A stretch of DNA of 64,000 nucleotides, from contig OZ024747.1 of assembly GCA_964016885.1 (NCBI GenBank), forward strand, positions 43,400,001 through 43,464,000. The letters are read 5' to 3'. The notes under the pieces were generated by a model, which did no database searches, was not told the origin of the DNA, and was given only the letters and a program-made list of their open reading frames with translations. The stretch is from Eledone cirrhosa. Taxonomy: Eukaryota. The position numbers were made by a program, and so were the translations under genes. Shown here piece by piece: positions 39,956 through 56,075 of the stretch (position 1 is its first letter; each line of letters begins with the position of its first letter).

Positions 39956-40744
39956 CTCACCAGCTGAATAATGGAATTGTTATATTACTAAATCCTTCAA
40001 AATTCTTGATTTTATTTTTTTTTTTTCAAAATGATTTGAAAATCATTGGTGGTGATTTTCATGGGATATATGTTAGTGAAAAAGTTAATAAATACACTAT
40101 ATATGTTGATATCTGGGATAATAAATATCTGAAAGATTTTAAAATATAAAGGATTACAAATAAAACAAAACCCTTTTCTTTACAACCTTATGTCCAAGCT
40201 TAGATAAATCTCAAAATTAAAAAATATACCTCAAAGATAAACATACATATATGCATATATATATATATATATGTATATCAAAAGAGATTGATAAATAATA
40301 TATAATGATCATATATGTATATATATATTTAATATAGAAATGGCTTCTAAAAGGACTAGAACTGTTTCATTTGGGAGAAATCATCAGGGCTTCCCCATCC
40401 ACATGCACACACACACACACAGACCTATACCCCACCCCACACACACACCTTTTTCCTGAACATGGAACCTCGTTCTCCCCCCCACCCCAATTCTCACATT
40501 CACATGCACACACACACGTACACCTACACACATACACAAACACCACCTTCAGCCCTCCCGGCTCGGACACCCTGCCTCCCTCTCCCTACTCCACCCACCA
40601 CCACCCCTACACGCCCCACACCCTTCCACCACTTGTTTATCTTTATGTTTATATTTTTATTTGTACCCCTTTCACCCCCCTCTTTTTTCAAAATGTCTCT
40701 CCATCACTCCCCCACACACCGTCGGAACTCTCTTCCCACCCACT

Positions 40745-40820
40745 TCTCTCCTGAAGAAGGGCTTATGCCCGAAACGTCGTTCCCCTCCCCCCACTCTCAT
40801 TGAGCATGAAACTAATAAAC
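40745..40820 (+). ncRNA. Penelope-type hammerhead-like motif followed by aataaa
   Basis: CTGAAGA-a-gggc ttat gccc-GAAA-cg-TC; stem I not evident. Confidence 0.55.
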
Positions 40821-40860
40821 CTTTGTTTGTACTGCCTCTCTGTTTTCGTTCCCATTCCAA

Positions 40861-43993
<3,133 letters not shown>

Positions 43994-44233
43994 ATTATTA
44001 TTATTATTATTTTTAATGTACCCTATCTTATATTTTACTTTTTTACATCTGTAACTTCTCTATCTATTTACCATACATGTTTTACTATTGATGTTATTGT
44101 TTTAATTATACGCTATTTTATTATTGATGTTTTTGTTTTAATTATACGCTATTTTATTATTGATGTTATTGTTTTGGTGTTACGCTACTTTTCTATATAA
44201 GTCTTGCCTCGAGTGAATTATTTTCATATCTAC

Positions 44234-44344
44234 GTGCTCTGATGTGTTGACCGGTGGTAAACAATGTATTGGAGATCGATTGACGCACCCTCAAGCGATT
44301 AGTGAATTCTAGACACACCTGATCAACGAAACAATTGTCAGTAC
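44234..44344 (+). ncRNA. Hammerhead-like motif with long stem II
   Basis: gtgct-CTGATGT-gttga...tcaac-GAAA-caattg-TC-agtac, then aataaa; A9->U variant. Confidence 0.55.
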
Positions 44345-44420
44345 TTTAAATAAAGCCCTTATTGTACAGCCAATCATGTTAATCTTCTTTCTTTAACTAT
44401 ATATATATATATAATAATAA

Positions 44421-44599
44421 TAATTGTTTCTACTTTAGGCACAAGGCCAGCAATTACCCAGTGCATTACTCGTACTTTATTTTATCGACCCCGTAAGGAT
44501 GAAAGGCAAAGTCAACCTCGGCGGGATTTGAACTCAGATCGTAAAGGGACGTAACTATGCTGGAAAGCATGGCGTCCGACCCTCTACTGATACTGCCAA
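44421..44599 (-). mobile_element. SINE family A
   Basis: Reverse complement of 10383-10563. Confidence 0.9.
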
Positions 44600-44770
44600 A
44601 TAATAATAATGATACTATTTATAGTAGTTATGTATATACTATAAACAACTATAAACAGGAAAGGTCAGTAATTTCTTACTACCTTATTACCAGTAAGAGA
44701 AATAGCTCAATGTAAGAACATCAGGTGTTTTACAGAGCAGGAATATAAATCTTGGATCTCATACTCACTT

Positions 44771-45120
44771 CATTTCATTTCATTTCATTTCATTTTACGT
44801 CCACTTTTCCCTGCTTGCAAGGGTGGGACAGGAACTGATTCTGGCTTGATTTCTACAGCTGGATGCCCTTCCTAACACCAACCTCATTTACAGTGAGTGC
44901 TGGGTGCTTTTTTTTTTTTGCCGTGGCACCACCACGACCACTTTGCAGTGGAATGATATGGACCCCAGTCCCTATCATCTCATTTCTACAGCTGAGTAAA
45001 CTGGAGCAATGTGAAATAAAGTGTCTTGCTCAAGGAAACAACACATCACCCGGTCTGAGAATTGAACTCACAACCTTTCGATTGCAAGGCCAATGCTCTA
45101 ACCACTAAGCCATGTGCCTC
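44771..45120 (-). mobile_element. SINE family B with a (TGAAA)n tail and 8-bp target duplication
   Basis: ctcacttc at 44764-44771 and at 45121-45128. Confidence 0.9.
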
Positions 45121-45735
45121 CTCACTTCCGGAAATTAAACCGTTAGAAAAACTACCTGTTGAACAACTCTAATCCATGAATACAATAAGACCAATTTACA
45201 ATCCATTGCTGTAACTAACTAAAAACATTCAATATAAACATTAACTAAAATATAGTTTAACATATGTAATGGAAAAGACAACAATAACTTTGATTTTCTC
45301 AACACACACAAATTTGAACACTATCATCACATTACATCCGCCATAAATTTTTAATACGCTTGGTACTTTATGTGATACCTTTGCCATACACTATTTATTT
45401 ATTTATTTATATATGCCTAATACCTTTGCTTGTTTCCTTCTCATATATATGACTAACGCATGTGCACTTTCTACACGCTTGCATATGTACTGCTAATGTC
45501 CTCATTCTTTCTCAATGCCTCTTTAATTATTAGACTATTCTCTTGTATTATGAGCCGCATGTATTCCACTCTGTGCTTTTAATTTGAATTTGAATTAGTG
45601 TACAATTCTCGTATAATATATATCGCATCCATTACACCCTGTAAATACGAAACTGTTGCTCACAACACCAATATATATGTATCTATATGATTGTTCAGTT
45701 GAATAGGAGGTTAATTATATGTACAAACATTGATA

Positions 45736-45787
45736 ATGCTCCGATGACTCCAAACGAAAGTTTCGAAGAAACGATTGTCAGCTATTA
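45736..45787 (+). ncRNA. Decayed hammerhead-like motif
   Basis: gct-CCGATGA-ctccaaac gaaa gtttcgaa-GAAA-cgattg-TC-agc. Confidence 0.45.
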
Positions 45788-45818
45788 AATGATTTGAACA
45801 TAACTTGATAATTGTGTA

Positions 45819-45877
<59 letters not shown>

Positions 45878-46023
45878 TGCTTTGGGAGGGTCATGTTGCC
45901 AATAAGAAACACACGCACCAGTGCTTTCACTCCAATTTATTATAAATTAAATTTATAAATTTAAGAATTTATAAATTTCCAGTTTGTTGGTTGGTTCCAT
46001 AACCGGACGGTTGTTCATATATT

Positions 46024-46066
46024 GTCAAAGTTCTTTTGTCACACATTCTGTGACCTCTTCAGTGAC
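46024..46066 (-). ncRNA. Decayed hammerhead-like motif in a (TA)n-flanked element (45872-46140; ends related to 34362-34585)
   Basis: Minus strand: gtca-CTGAAGA-ggtcaca gaatg tgtgac-aaaa-gaact-ttgac. Confidence 0.4.
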
Positions 46067-46155
46067 TAGGGATTCTTTTCTTTGTTTTTGTGCCTCTCCT
46101 TTGTTCTGTCCTGCGCCATCTTGTTCTTGTGTGTGACACACACAAAAACAAGATG

Positions 46156-46189
<34 letters not shown>

Positions 46190-46191
<2 letters not shown>

Positions 46192-46568
46192 AGGCACATG
46201 GCTTAGTGATTAGAGCATTGGCCTTTTCTCAGACCAGGTTATGTGTTGTGTCCTTGAGCAAGACACTTTATTTCACATTGCTCCAGTTCACTCAGCTGTA
46301 GAAATGAGATGATAGGGACTTGGGTCCATATCATTCCACTGCGAAGTGGTCGTGGAGGTGCCACGGCAACAAAACACCCAGCCCACACTGCAAAGTGGAC
46401 GTGGAGGTGCCATGGAAAAAAAAAGCACCCGTCACTCACTGTAAATGAGGTTGGTGTTAGGAAGGGCATCCAGCTGTAGAAATCAAGCCAGAATCAGTTG
46501 CCGTCCCACCCTTGAAAGCAGGGAGAAGCCGACGTAAAATGATGATGATGATGATGATGATGATGATA
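46190..46568 (+). mobile_element. SINE family B (B-box deleted)
   Basis: Matches 858-1242 except for a short deletion in the head. Confidence 0.9.
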
Positions 46569-46751
46569 CATGTCCTTGAGCAAGACACTTTATTTAACGT
46601 TGCTCCTATCTGGAGTTGCGACCGATAGATAGTATTAGCAATTGGAAAAACCCATGGAAACATTGTTTCCTCGGTCCGATTTGACAAAAGTCCATTGACT
46701 GACAATATATATAAACATGCATGCCTGCATACATACATACATACATAATAC

Positions 46752-47142
46752 ATGATGGCCATTGGATGAGTATGGCCATTGGACGATATACCATTATTAA
46801 TAATTATTAATTAATTCTATCATGCAATGCCTGTGCGTGAAGATATTTTTTGAAAGTGCTCCTAGAAAATGCTCTGATGAAGGCTAGGGGTCCTTCACTC
46901 CCAGTGGTTTAACCGCGCGGTACATGTGTATATACATATTTACACACTTTTGGATGGTCGTTGACTCTTATGAGTTCTTCCGCCCTTTGTCAGGCTTTGT
47001 TTTTTGTCCTGCAGGGTGTCCAAAATCAACCTCCTCACCAAGTAAACTTGGTGGGTTTGTCGGTTTAGCCGCCGACGACCCAACCATGCGACAGGTTGTA
47101 CTGGGTTACATGTTACCAGTAGCACTCAAGAGTGACCTGACA
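46752..47142 (-). mobile_element. Family T element, internally deleted
   Basis: Homologous to 63051-63580. Confidence 0.8.
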
Positions 47143-49249
47143 TAATACATACATATAAACATACATATGTTCATACGTATGTACATACATACAAACATAC
47201 ATATGTACATACATATGTATATATACATACATATACAAAACTTTTGTTATTATGGCCAAGTAATGGAACATTTTAGATAGTCTTGACAATAATCAATTGT
47301 TATTTTAAATGTCCTGAACACAACCTAGATCAATATAGAATATCTATTTCTTTTATTTTTTTTTGTTTATCAATATTGAAATTTTTTGGGTGTTGTTGTT
47401 GTTGGTTTGGGGGGAAGTAGAGAGGCACAATTGGTAGTTGTGGTGATAACAATAGTGTTGTTGTTGTTGTTGGTAGTGAAGAGAAGAAAAAATTTGTGTA
47501 GATATTAGGTGTTGGATATAGTCTATTACATTGAAGTTAATATATTACTGGTACAACTTTGTAAATATTACTGGTACAACTTTGTAAATATTACTGGTAC
47601 AACTTTGTAAATCCCTATCTGAAAACCTCTAAAATCTGAAAGTTTTTCAAGTGAGAGAAGCACAACAAATTGAAAATTCCATAAAAATCTTGAAAGACTC
47701 CATGTGTACAGCTGTTGTAGGCCTCACATTGAGCCATTTTCATCCACCCTGTGCTGGGTTTGCTCACTCCAGTTAAATTGCCATCAGTTTATTGTTGATA
47801 GCTACAATGGCAACACCTTCATATATGCATTACTTACCATGTGAGAGCTATGGATAGGCAGAATCGTTAGAGCATCAGACAAAATGGTGTGTGGTATACG
47901 TCTTGTTTCTTTACATTCTAAGTTCAAATCTCACTCATTACCTTTAATCTTTCCAGGGTTGATAAAATAAAAAGCAAATCAAAGACTGGGGTTGATATAA
48001 ACTGCTGACCTTGTGTCTGAATTGGAAACTATTACTTATCATGTGTTTTATACTGTAGTTCATGTTGAAATAGTCAAGGCAGGTGTCCTTATGAGGTAAT
48101 AGTGAAAAGAAAAAGAACATTTATGTTTATCAAAACCACAGAAAGTCAAGTTGAATGGGAAAAACTTACAGAAATGAGAAGCGTCTGACTGAGATCTTGA
48201 AGTTAGAACAACCTCTATATATGGCTTTAACCCTTTCATTACTATATTTCTAATGAGTAACACTGACTATGGTTTTCAAATATTTTTTTAAATACCCAAG
48301 AATTTAATGAGATTTAGGAAAATAACTAGGATTTTCACTATTAAGCTGGTGTTTAGAATATAACTTAACAAAAATTAGAACAGAATGTTTTTAGATAAAG
48401 AAAAATACTTTAAAATAAACAGGGGTGATTTCATGCTGTTTAATGTTAAAGGGGTTAAGAAACAGAGTGGCAATCTGTTGAAGATCTATGCTGAAAAAGG
48501 GTCTGAAACCAGAAACATTTCTGACTCCAAGCATTTTGAATAAAAGATTATCAGCTTGTACTTGTATTTTAGTACTGCTACATTTTATAACTGGTATTTC
48601 TTTTATCCAGGATATATTTGCTCATATCCTGAATATAGTTCTATTCTATATTAGATTGACTTTATTTTACTGTAGCTGCTAACATTTATGATTATGTTAT
48701 TTGAACATTCAAATCTTAGTCTTCCATTCTGCTTTATCGTATCTTCCAAAGATATTTTTGATAATAAATTCATAGAAAATCATTCACCTTTTTTTATATA
48801 TATATTTTCATTCAACCATAACAACCACATTTATCTATACCACCTTTAATCTTTCATTTAAATATACCAGCTATAATCTTTCATGTGACTCCACTATGTC
48901 TTGTCTTCCCATTCAACCATAACATAACATTGCTAGCCCATCTCTACTTTTTCAGTCAAGCATGCTATCTCTAATCTTCCATTTCATTTGACCAGACCAT
49001 TTATAAATCTTTAGTTTTCACAGATGCAGACGACCACTAGTTTCCTCAGATTCTGGTTTATATTTATGCCTCTAAATCTTGTATTTAACCATACTGGTTC
49101 TGATCTTTCATATCACAACAATACCTTCAAATCTTTCATCATTCTACTATACCAGTTCAGACCTAGTTAATTAATATTTTCTGTTACCTACAACTGTAGT
49201 GTTTGTTGATTACTATATCCTTTTTGCTTTTAATATTTATACTAAATAA

Positions 49250-49672
49250 TAATTGTTTCTACTTTTGGCACAAGGCCAGCAATTATCCCAGTGTATTACT
49301 GTTACTTTATTTTATCGACCCTGTAAGGATGAAAAGGCAAAGTTAACCTCCCGGCATTTGAACTCAGACCATAAAGGGCCATAACTATGCTTGCAAAGCA
49401 TAGCATCTGACCCTCTACAGATACTGCCAATCCACCACCCTTATTTATACTAAACAATAAGGAGGGTTTCTGCTTTAGGCACAATGCCAATAATTTGATG
49501 GGGAGGGGAAAGTCGATTAAATCAACCCAAGTGTGTTATTGGTACTTAACCTTATTGACCCTGTAAGGATGAAAGGCAAAGCTAACCTTGGCCGGATGTG
49601 AACTCAGAACATAAAGGGCCGTAACTAAATGCTGTAAAGCATGTTGTCTGATGCTCTACCAATACTGCCACC
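49250..49672 (-). mobile_element. Two SINE family A copies
   Basis: Reverse-complement A bodies at 49250-49440 and 49465-49672. Confidence 0.8.
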
Positions 49673-50418
49673 ATCTTATTAGACTCTGTTTCTAACAAAT
49701 AAAACAGTCTGGTCACTATATCTACCCACTGCATGATATTGTTGTTAGTTAATGCCTTTTACATGCTTTTTCATGGTAAAGGCTTTAACTCACATAATTA
49801 TCCCACACAATATCTAATCTATGATATTTTGATATTATTTATTTTGAGAACAATACTTTAACATCAGTATGAGTGGCCAGTTACAGCTGGTTTGAACAGA
49901 AAGAGGTGAGAGAATTCTGACTGGATATGGCCAGTTTAAATGCTAAAGGGTTTAAGATAACAACCAGTTAAGATGATTTAACTATAACTTCCACCATGTC
50001 CACCATGTCACCCACCACATGGGGTCATTCTTTTCATATAAGGTGCTCTCTTATGTTTGACATTGTGAAATATATTTATTACAATACACATTTATTTAAC
50101 TGGATTTAAGAATATTTCAGTAAGATTGTTGATATACCTATATAACAATTGCTGATACTAATAGTACCAAAACATCCTCTAAATCCATTTTCTCATTGAA
50201 GTTTATTTCTCTGTCTGTCTGTCTGTCTGTCAGTTTGTTAGTTTGTTTGTTTGTTTGTTTGTTTTTCATTCTATTTCATACATATAACTCATAGCTTTTA
50301 AACTTCTTTTGTCTGCATTGAACTACAATTTCCACAAATATTTTACAGCACTTTATGTTCTCTTATACATACATACATACATGCATACATATATACATAC
50401 ATACATATATACATATAT

Positions 50419-50457
<39 letters not shown>

Positions 50458-50462
50458 AATAT

Positions 50463-50520
<58 letters not shown>

Positions 50521-50897
50521 ATATATACAAATATATATATATATATACATTTATATATGTGTGTGTGAGTGTGTGTGTATATATATATATATGTGAGTGT
50601 GTGTGTATATATATATATATGTGTGTGTAATACATGTATATATACACACACACACATACACATACATATATTATATATATATATATTGTTTATAGTATTT
50701 TCTTGCAAAACCAAACAACAACCACAAAAATAAAACAAAACAAAAGCACAAAAAAAAACAAAAACAAAACAAAAAGAAACTTGTTTTGATCTACAATCTC
50801 CATTAATAATCTCTGTTTACATATTGCTATATTTGTTGAAAATCGAAGATAAACCATAAAGATATAACATACAATTGATGAATTAGACTTTTTGTTG

Positions 50898-50929
<32 letters not shown>

Positions 50930-51049
50930 GGTGTTGTTGCTAACCATAATCAATATAATGCCATTGTGGGGTTTCATAAAGAGAAATGTGGCAAATATTT
51001 CCCGCCATTGTTTTATTGCTTTCGTTGTACACGAGTATAACTTTTCTCT

Positions 51050-51646
51050 ACTCCACCACCACCACCACCACCATCATCACCACCGCCATCATCTTCATCA
51101 TTACGACCACCATCTCCACCACAAAATCCAACATTACCATGATCCAACTCCACCACCACCACCTCCACCTCCACCACCACCATCACCATCATCATCATCA
51201 CCACCACCACCACCAACCACCTCCACCACCACCACCACAAACTACCACAACCATCACCATCATCATCACCACCACCACCACCAATACCACAATCCAACCC
51301 CTCACACCCACCAGAATCCATCACCAACACCACCACCATCACCACAACCCCATCATCATCAACCCCACCACTACCACCGTCACTGTCACCGCCACCACAA
51401 CCACCACCACCACTACCACCAACAGCACCAAAACTACCACCACCACCACCACCACTAACACCACCACTGCCATAACCACTACCATCACCACCACCATAAC
51501 CATTACCACCACCATCATCATCACCACTACACCACCACCACCACTAACACCACCACCACCACTAACACCACTACCACCACCACCACCACCATCATTATCA
51601 CCACTACACCAACACCAACACCACCACCACCACTACCACCACCACT
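51050..51646. repeat. (CAC/CAT)n low-complexity tract
   Basis: Directly visible. Confidence 0.9.
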
Positions 51647-51984
51647 TCTCTTCATATCTTGAATCCTTTTTTCCTTATTTCAAACATATGTTGCCTGTTT
51701 ATTTTCCTGTATGAACAGAGCCAAACAGTTTGTTAAGGGTTTTTTCCACTGTTATTATGATCAAGAAAGTTTATTTACAAATAATAGGTAGTATTATTTC
51801 TCTAGTTTGTTTATTACCTGCATTCTTAATTCTCATTCAGGAAATATGTGATATCTGTGTTGTAAAATTAATGACACAAAGCTATATAATCTCTCATTAA
51901 TATTTGAAAATATTTTCTCTTGCTATGTTTCTTGTGTGTTTATAATATATATGTATGTATGTCTGTGTGTCAGTGTGTGTATAT

Positions 51985-52019
<35 letters not shown>

Positions 52020-52290
52020 AACGGAAAAAATGAAACAAAATTTCATTTCTCACTCTTAGTACGGCTGTTACTTAAATATAAGTATGTATACGTACATGCA
52101 TATATGTATACAGACGTACAGTAGTATGTATATATATATATATACATACATGCATACATATATATATGTACGTATGCACACATATATATGTACGTATATA
52201 TATATATATAATTAAATATATTCATATATACATATATATATATATGATATATATATATCATATATGTATTTATATATATCATATATATAT

Positions 52291-54726
52291 ATCATCATCA
52301 TCATCATCACCGTTTTACGTCCGTTCTTCCACGCTAGCATGGGTTAGATGGGTTGTCCTGTTGTGGGCAGTGTCTGGTCGGCTGACCATGCCTTGCTCAT
52401 ACAGGAACTGATCTGGCTTGATTTCTACAGCTGGATGCCCTTCCTAACACCAACCTCATTTACAGTGAGTGCTGGGTGCTTTTTCGTGGCGCCTACACGT
52501 CCACTTTACAGTGTGGGCTGGGTGCTTTTTTGCCGTGGCACCTCCACGACCACCTTGCGGTGGGGGGGGGGGGGCATATTGTTTATATGCTTCAGCATGT
52601 ACCCATGGGAGGTCGGGTACCCTGTATTACTGCGTGACGCCAGAAGTCACGGTCGTGTGTCATTGACTTTGAGAGGTGTAGTTGGGTAAGGTCGGCTTTT
52701 ATCACCTCATCCCAAGTCATCTTGGGTCTCCCCACTCCGCGGTTTCCATCAACTTCTAGTGCTCTGCACCTTTTTATGCAGCTGTCATCCTTCATACGCA
52801 TCACATGTCCATACCAGCGTAACTGCCTCCCCTGCACGCAGCATTTGATTCCTCTTATGCTCAGTCTCTCTCTCAATTCATTTATGCTTTGTCGTTCACG
52901 TATATTACTGTTACACATCCATCGGAGCATGCAGGCTTCGTTTCTCTCTAATCTACGTAAGTCTTCCACCTTCAGCGCCCAGGTCTCACTACCATGCAAC
53001 ATCGCTGTTCGGATACACGCATCATACAGTCTGCCTTTCATTCTGAGGGAGAAGCCTTTTGCAGCTAGCAGTGGTAGTAGTTCCCTAAACTTCTTCCATC
53101 CCGTTCTTACCCTAGTTATTGTACTTTCTGAGCACCCACCTCCGTTGCTAATTCGGTCACCTAGGTAGCAGAAGCTGTCTACTGTTTCTACAGGGCCCTC
53201 CCAGAGATTGGTGGTACTTGTTTCCTGTGGCTGTTTGCTTGCTGTTTCAGCACAGCTGCTGCATGTGAATCCTACATTCTTAATTAAGCTTCCTGAGATC
53301 CCGCTACATCTCTTGTGTACCCATTGTTTGCATTTGGGGCAAAGAATGGAGTTCCTACCTACACCTTTCCTACATACTGAGCAAGGCCATTTCCCTGAGG
53401 GGATCTGGGTTCTGTTTTCTCGTCTACTTATAAGGACCTTAGTCTTTGTCATGTTGACTTTGAGGCCCTTTCTCTCTAGTCCCTGCTTCCAGGTTTGGAA
53501 TTTATTCTCTAGTTCTACCATAGATTCAGCTATGAGTGCGAGGTCATCAGCATACAGGAGTTCCCATGGGCATCCGGTCTTAAACTCCTCCGTTATTGCC
53601 TGCAGGACTATGATGAACAGGAGAGGGCTAAGAACAGAGCCCTGGTGGACCCCAACCTGTACGCTAAATTCCTCGCTATACTCATTGCCAATCCTAACTT
53701 TGCTGACTGCTCCCCTATACATGGCTTGTACCGCTTTCACAAGCCATTCATCTACTCCTAGTTTTCTAAGAGCCCACCAGATTACTGCACGTGGAACTCT
53801 GTCAAAGGCTTTCTCAAGGTCGACAAATGCCAAGTAGAGTGGCTTACTTTTAGCTAGGTACTTTTCCTGTAATTGCCTCACAAGGAAGAGCGCATCAGTG
53901 GTGCCTTTCCCTGGAACAAACCCAAATTGCATCTCGTCTATATTCACCCGGTCCCTAATCAGCTGTGCTATAACTCTTTCTGTTACTTTCATGACCTGGT
54001 CCATCAACTTTATACCTCTATAGTTTCCTCTATCTAGTGCATCGCCTTTACCTTTGTAGCAGTTGACAATGATGCTACTGCACCAATCTTTTGGTATGGC
54101 CCCCTCTAGTATTACCTGGTTAACGATACGTGTGGTTATAGTGTGACCTACAGACCCAGATGCCTTCAGCATCTCGGCAGCTATACCCGATGGACCGGTT
54201 GCCTTCCCTATCTTCATATCTCTGATTGCCTTACTTACTACGCTGCCGCTGACTTGTACTGCTGGTCCCTCTATAGGGTCTACGTGGGGTAGGGTCTCTT
54301 CTTCCCATGCATTCTCCTCATTTAGTAATCTATCATAATGACTCTTCCATGCATCTTTCTTCTCAGCACTTGTGAGGGCAAGCTCACCTTTATCATTCCG
54401 GATACACTTCTCTCCAATGACATCACAACTATCTCTGACACACTGCCTCGCAATCTTGAATACCTCCTGTTTCTGGTCCTCACGTTGTAAAACATGCTTG
54501 AATTTTCTATCCTCTGCTTCCCTCCTAGCTAAGTATACTTGTCGCCTAGCTTCCCTCTTGGTCTCTATGTAATGTACCCTGCTCCCCCCGTTCTTCCATT
54601 CTTTCCATGCCTGTCTCTTGGCCTTGACTGCTTCATCTACCTTATTGTTCCACCACCAAGTCACTCTCCTCCTGCTTGAGGTCTTACTCCAGCCACAAAC
54701 CTCATCCGTCGCCTCTAGTAAGTTAA
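52291..54726 (-). mobile_element. 5'-truncated RTE LINE, subfamily 2, with uninterrupted RT ORF (stop at 52592)
   Basis: ORF 52592-54726 has all RT motifs and the PHD finger; TA-rich flanks on both sides. Confidence 0.95.
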
Positions 54727-54854
54727 TATATGATATATAAATGTTATATATATATATGTATGTATATATATATATCATATATATATGTTATATATATATA
54801 TATATCATATATATATGTTATATATATGTTATATATATATATCATATATATATG

Positions 54855-54896
<42 letters not shown>

Positions 54897-54926
54897 AGAT
54901 CAAAAGATGGTTAAAAGAGTTCCATG

Positions 54927-54997
54927 TATTTTATTATGCGCATTTCAAAAACAAATATCATCATGCAATAACATTTGTGTTTTCATCAGATAAAATA
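54927..54997 (-). ncRNA. Type I hammerhead ribozyme (left arm)
   Basis: Mirror image of 55116-55186. Confidence 0.85.
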
Positions 54998-55115
54998 GGA
55001 AGACATGATATGAAGGTTAAAAAACACTTGTGGATAGTGCAGTTTTAAATCAACATATGTTGATTTAAAACTGCACTATTCACAAGTGTTTTTTAACCTT
55101 CATATCATGTCTTCC

Positions 55116-55186
55116 TATTTTATCTGATGAAAACACAAATGTTATTGCATGATGATATTTGTTTTTGAAATGCGCATAATAAAATA
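55116..55186 (+). ncRNA. Type I hammerhead ribozyme (right arm)
   Basis: tattttat-CTGATGA-aaacacaaat...atttgttttt-GAAA-tgcgca-TA-ataaaata. Confidence 0.85.
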
Positions 55187-55309
55187 CATGGAACTCTTTT
55201 AACCATCTTTTGATCTTATATATTATGTATACTCCAGTCCTACAAACTGTAGAGTGCTTCTTATCTGATATCTGCATTGCTTTATTGTACTACACTAAAA
55301 CTCACCTCC

Positions 55310-55362
<53 letters not shown>

Positions 55363-55367
55363 ATATA

Positions 55368-56032
55368 TAACCAAAGATTAATGCGGTTCATTGATTACTC
55401 AATGAATATAGTTTTACAATAGATTAAAAGCACTCTACAAGAAAGTTTACTGGAGTTATTATTATTCAGAATAATAATAAATGAAGACATTCAAAAATGA
55501 AGACATTCACATTGACTGCCAATACTGAAATTGAACCATCAAGACCGTTGAGGTATGTCATACATCAATTCATGTATTTTATCTGATGAGGACGTACTGA
55601 AAAAACAGCACAGTACCTTCGAAATATCATCATCATCATCATCATCATTGTTTAACGTCCATCTTCCACGCTTGCATGGGTTTGGATGGGAGTTTTCCCA
55701 CTTGAGGCAAGATTGGTTGTCTTGCTCATATAGGACTGTCTGGCGGGTTTTCTCCGGCTGGACGCCCTTCCTGACACCAACCACATTTACAGTGTGGACT
55801 AGGAGGTTTTTACCGTGTTACCTACATGGCCACATTACAGCGTGGACTGTGTGTTTTTTTTTTGTGACAGCTACACGAGACGGGGGTGTATTTTTGTTAG
55901 AGGTGCCTACTGACTGTAGGTTTCGCTTTGTACTTAGGCAAGGCAGGTCTTCTGTATTACTGTGTAGCGCCAAATATATAATAAAACATATATTTTGATT
56001 ATGTGAATGTCTTCATTTATTATTATTATGAA

Positions 56033-56035
<3 letters not shown>
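55368..56035. mobile_element. HH-A element whose hammerhead is interrupted by an RTE 3' fragment
   Basis: Tail aaagcactctacaag..actggagt; inverted ends aataataaatgaagacattca / tgaatgtcttcatttattatt; core CTGATGA at 55583. Confidence 0.7.
55626..55972 (-). mobile_element. 3' end of RTE subfamily 1 (diverged)
   Basis: WRYTVIQKTCLA-stop, 3' UTR homologous to 25973-26364, (TGA)n tail. Confidence 0.85.

Positions 56036-56074
<39 letters not shown>

Positions 56075-56075
<1 letters not shown>

Larger units (their letters stand above)
54887..55312. mobile_element. HH-A fold-back element: 340-bp palindrome (54887-55226) plus ~85-nt tail
   Basis: Centre caacat|atgttg; one mismatch seen between arms; (TA)n on both sides. 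Confidence 0.9.

Noticed and set aside
46868-46900. CTGATGA as a hammerhead core inside family T
   Set aside because: Other copies read ctgacaaa or ttgacaaa here, and there is no matching GAAA/stem arrangement.
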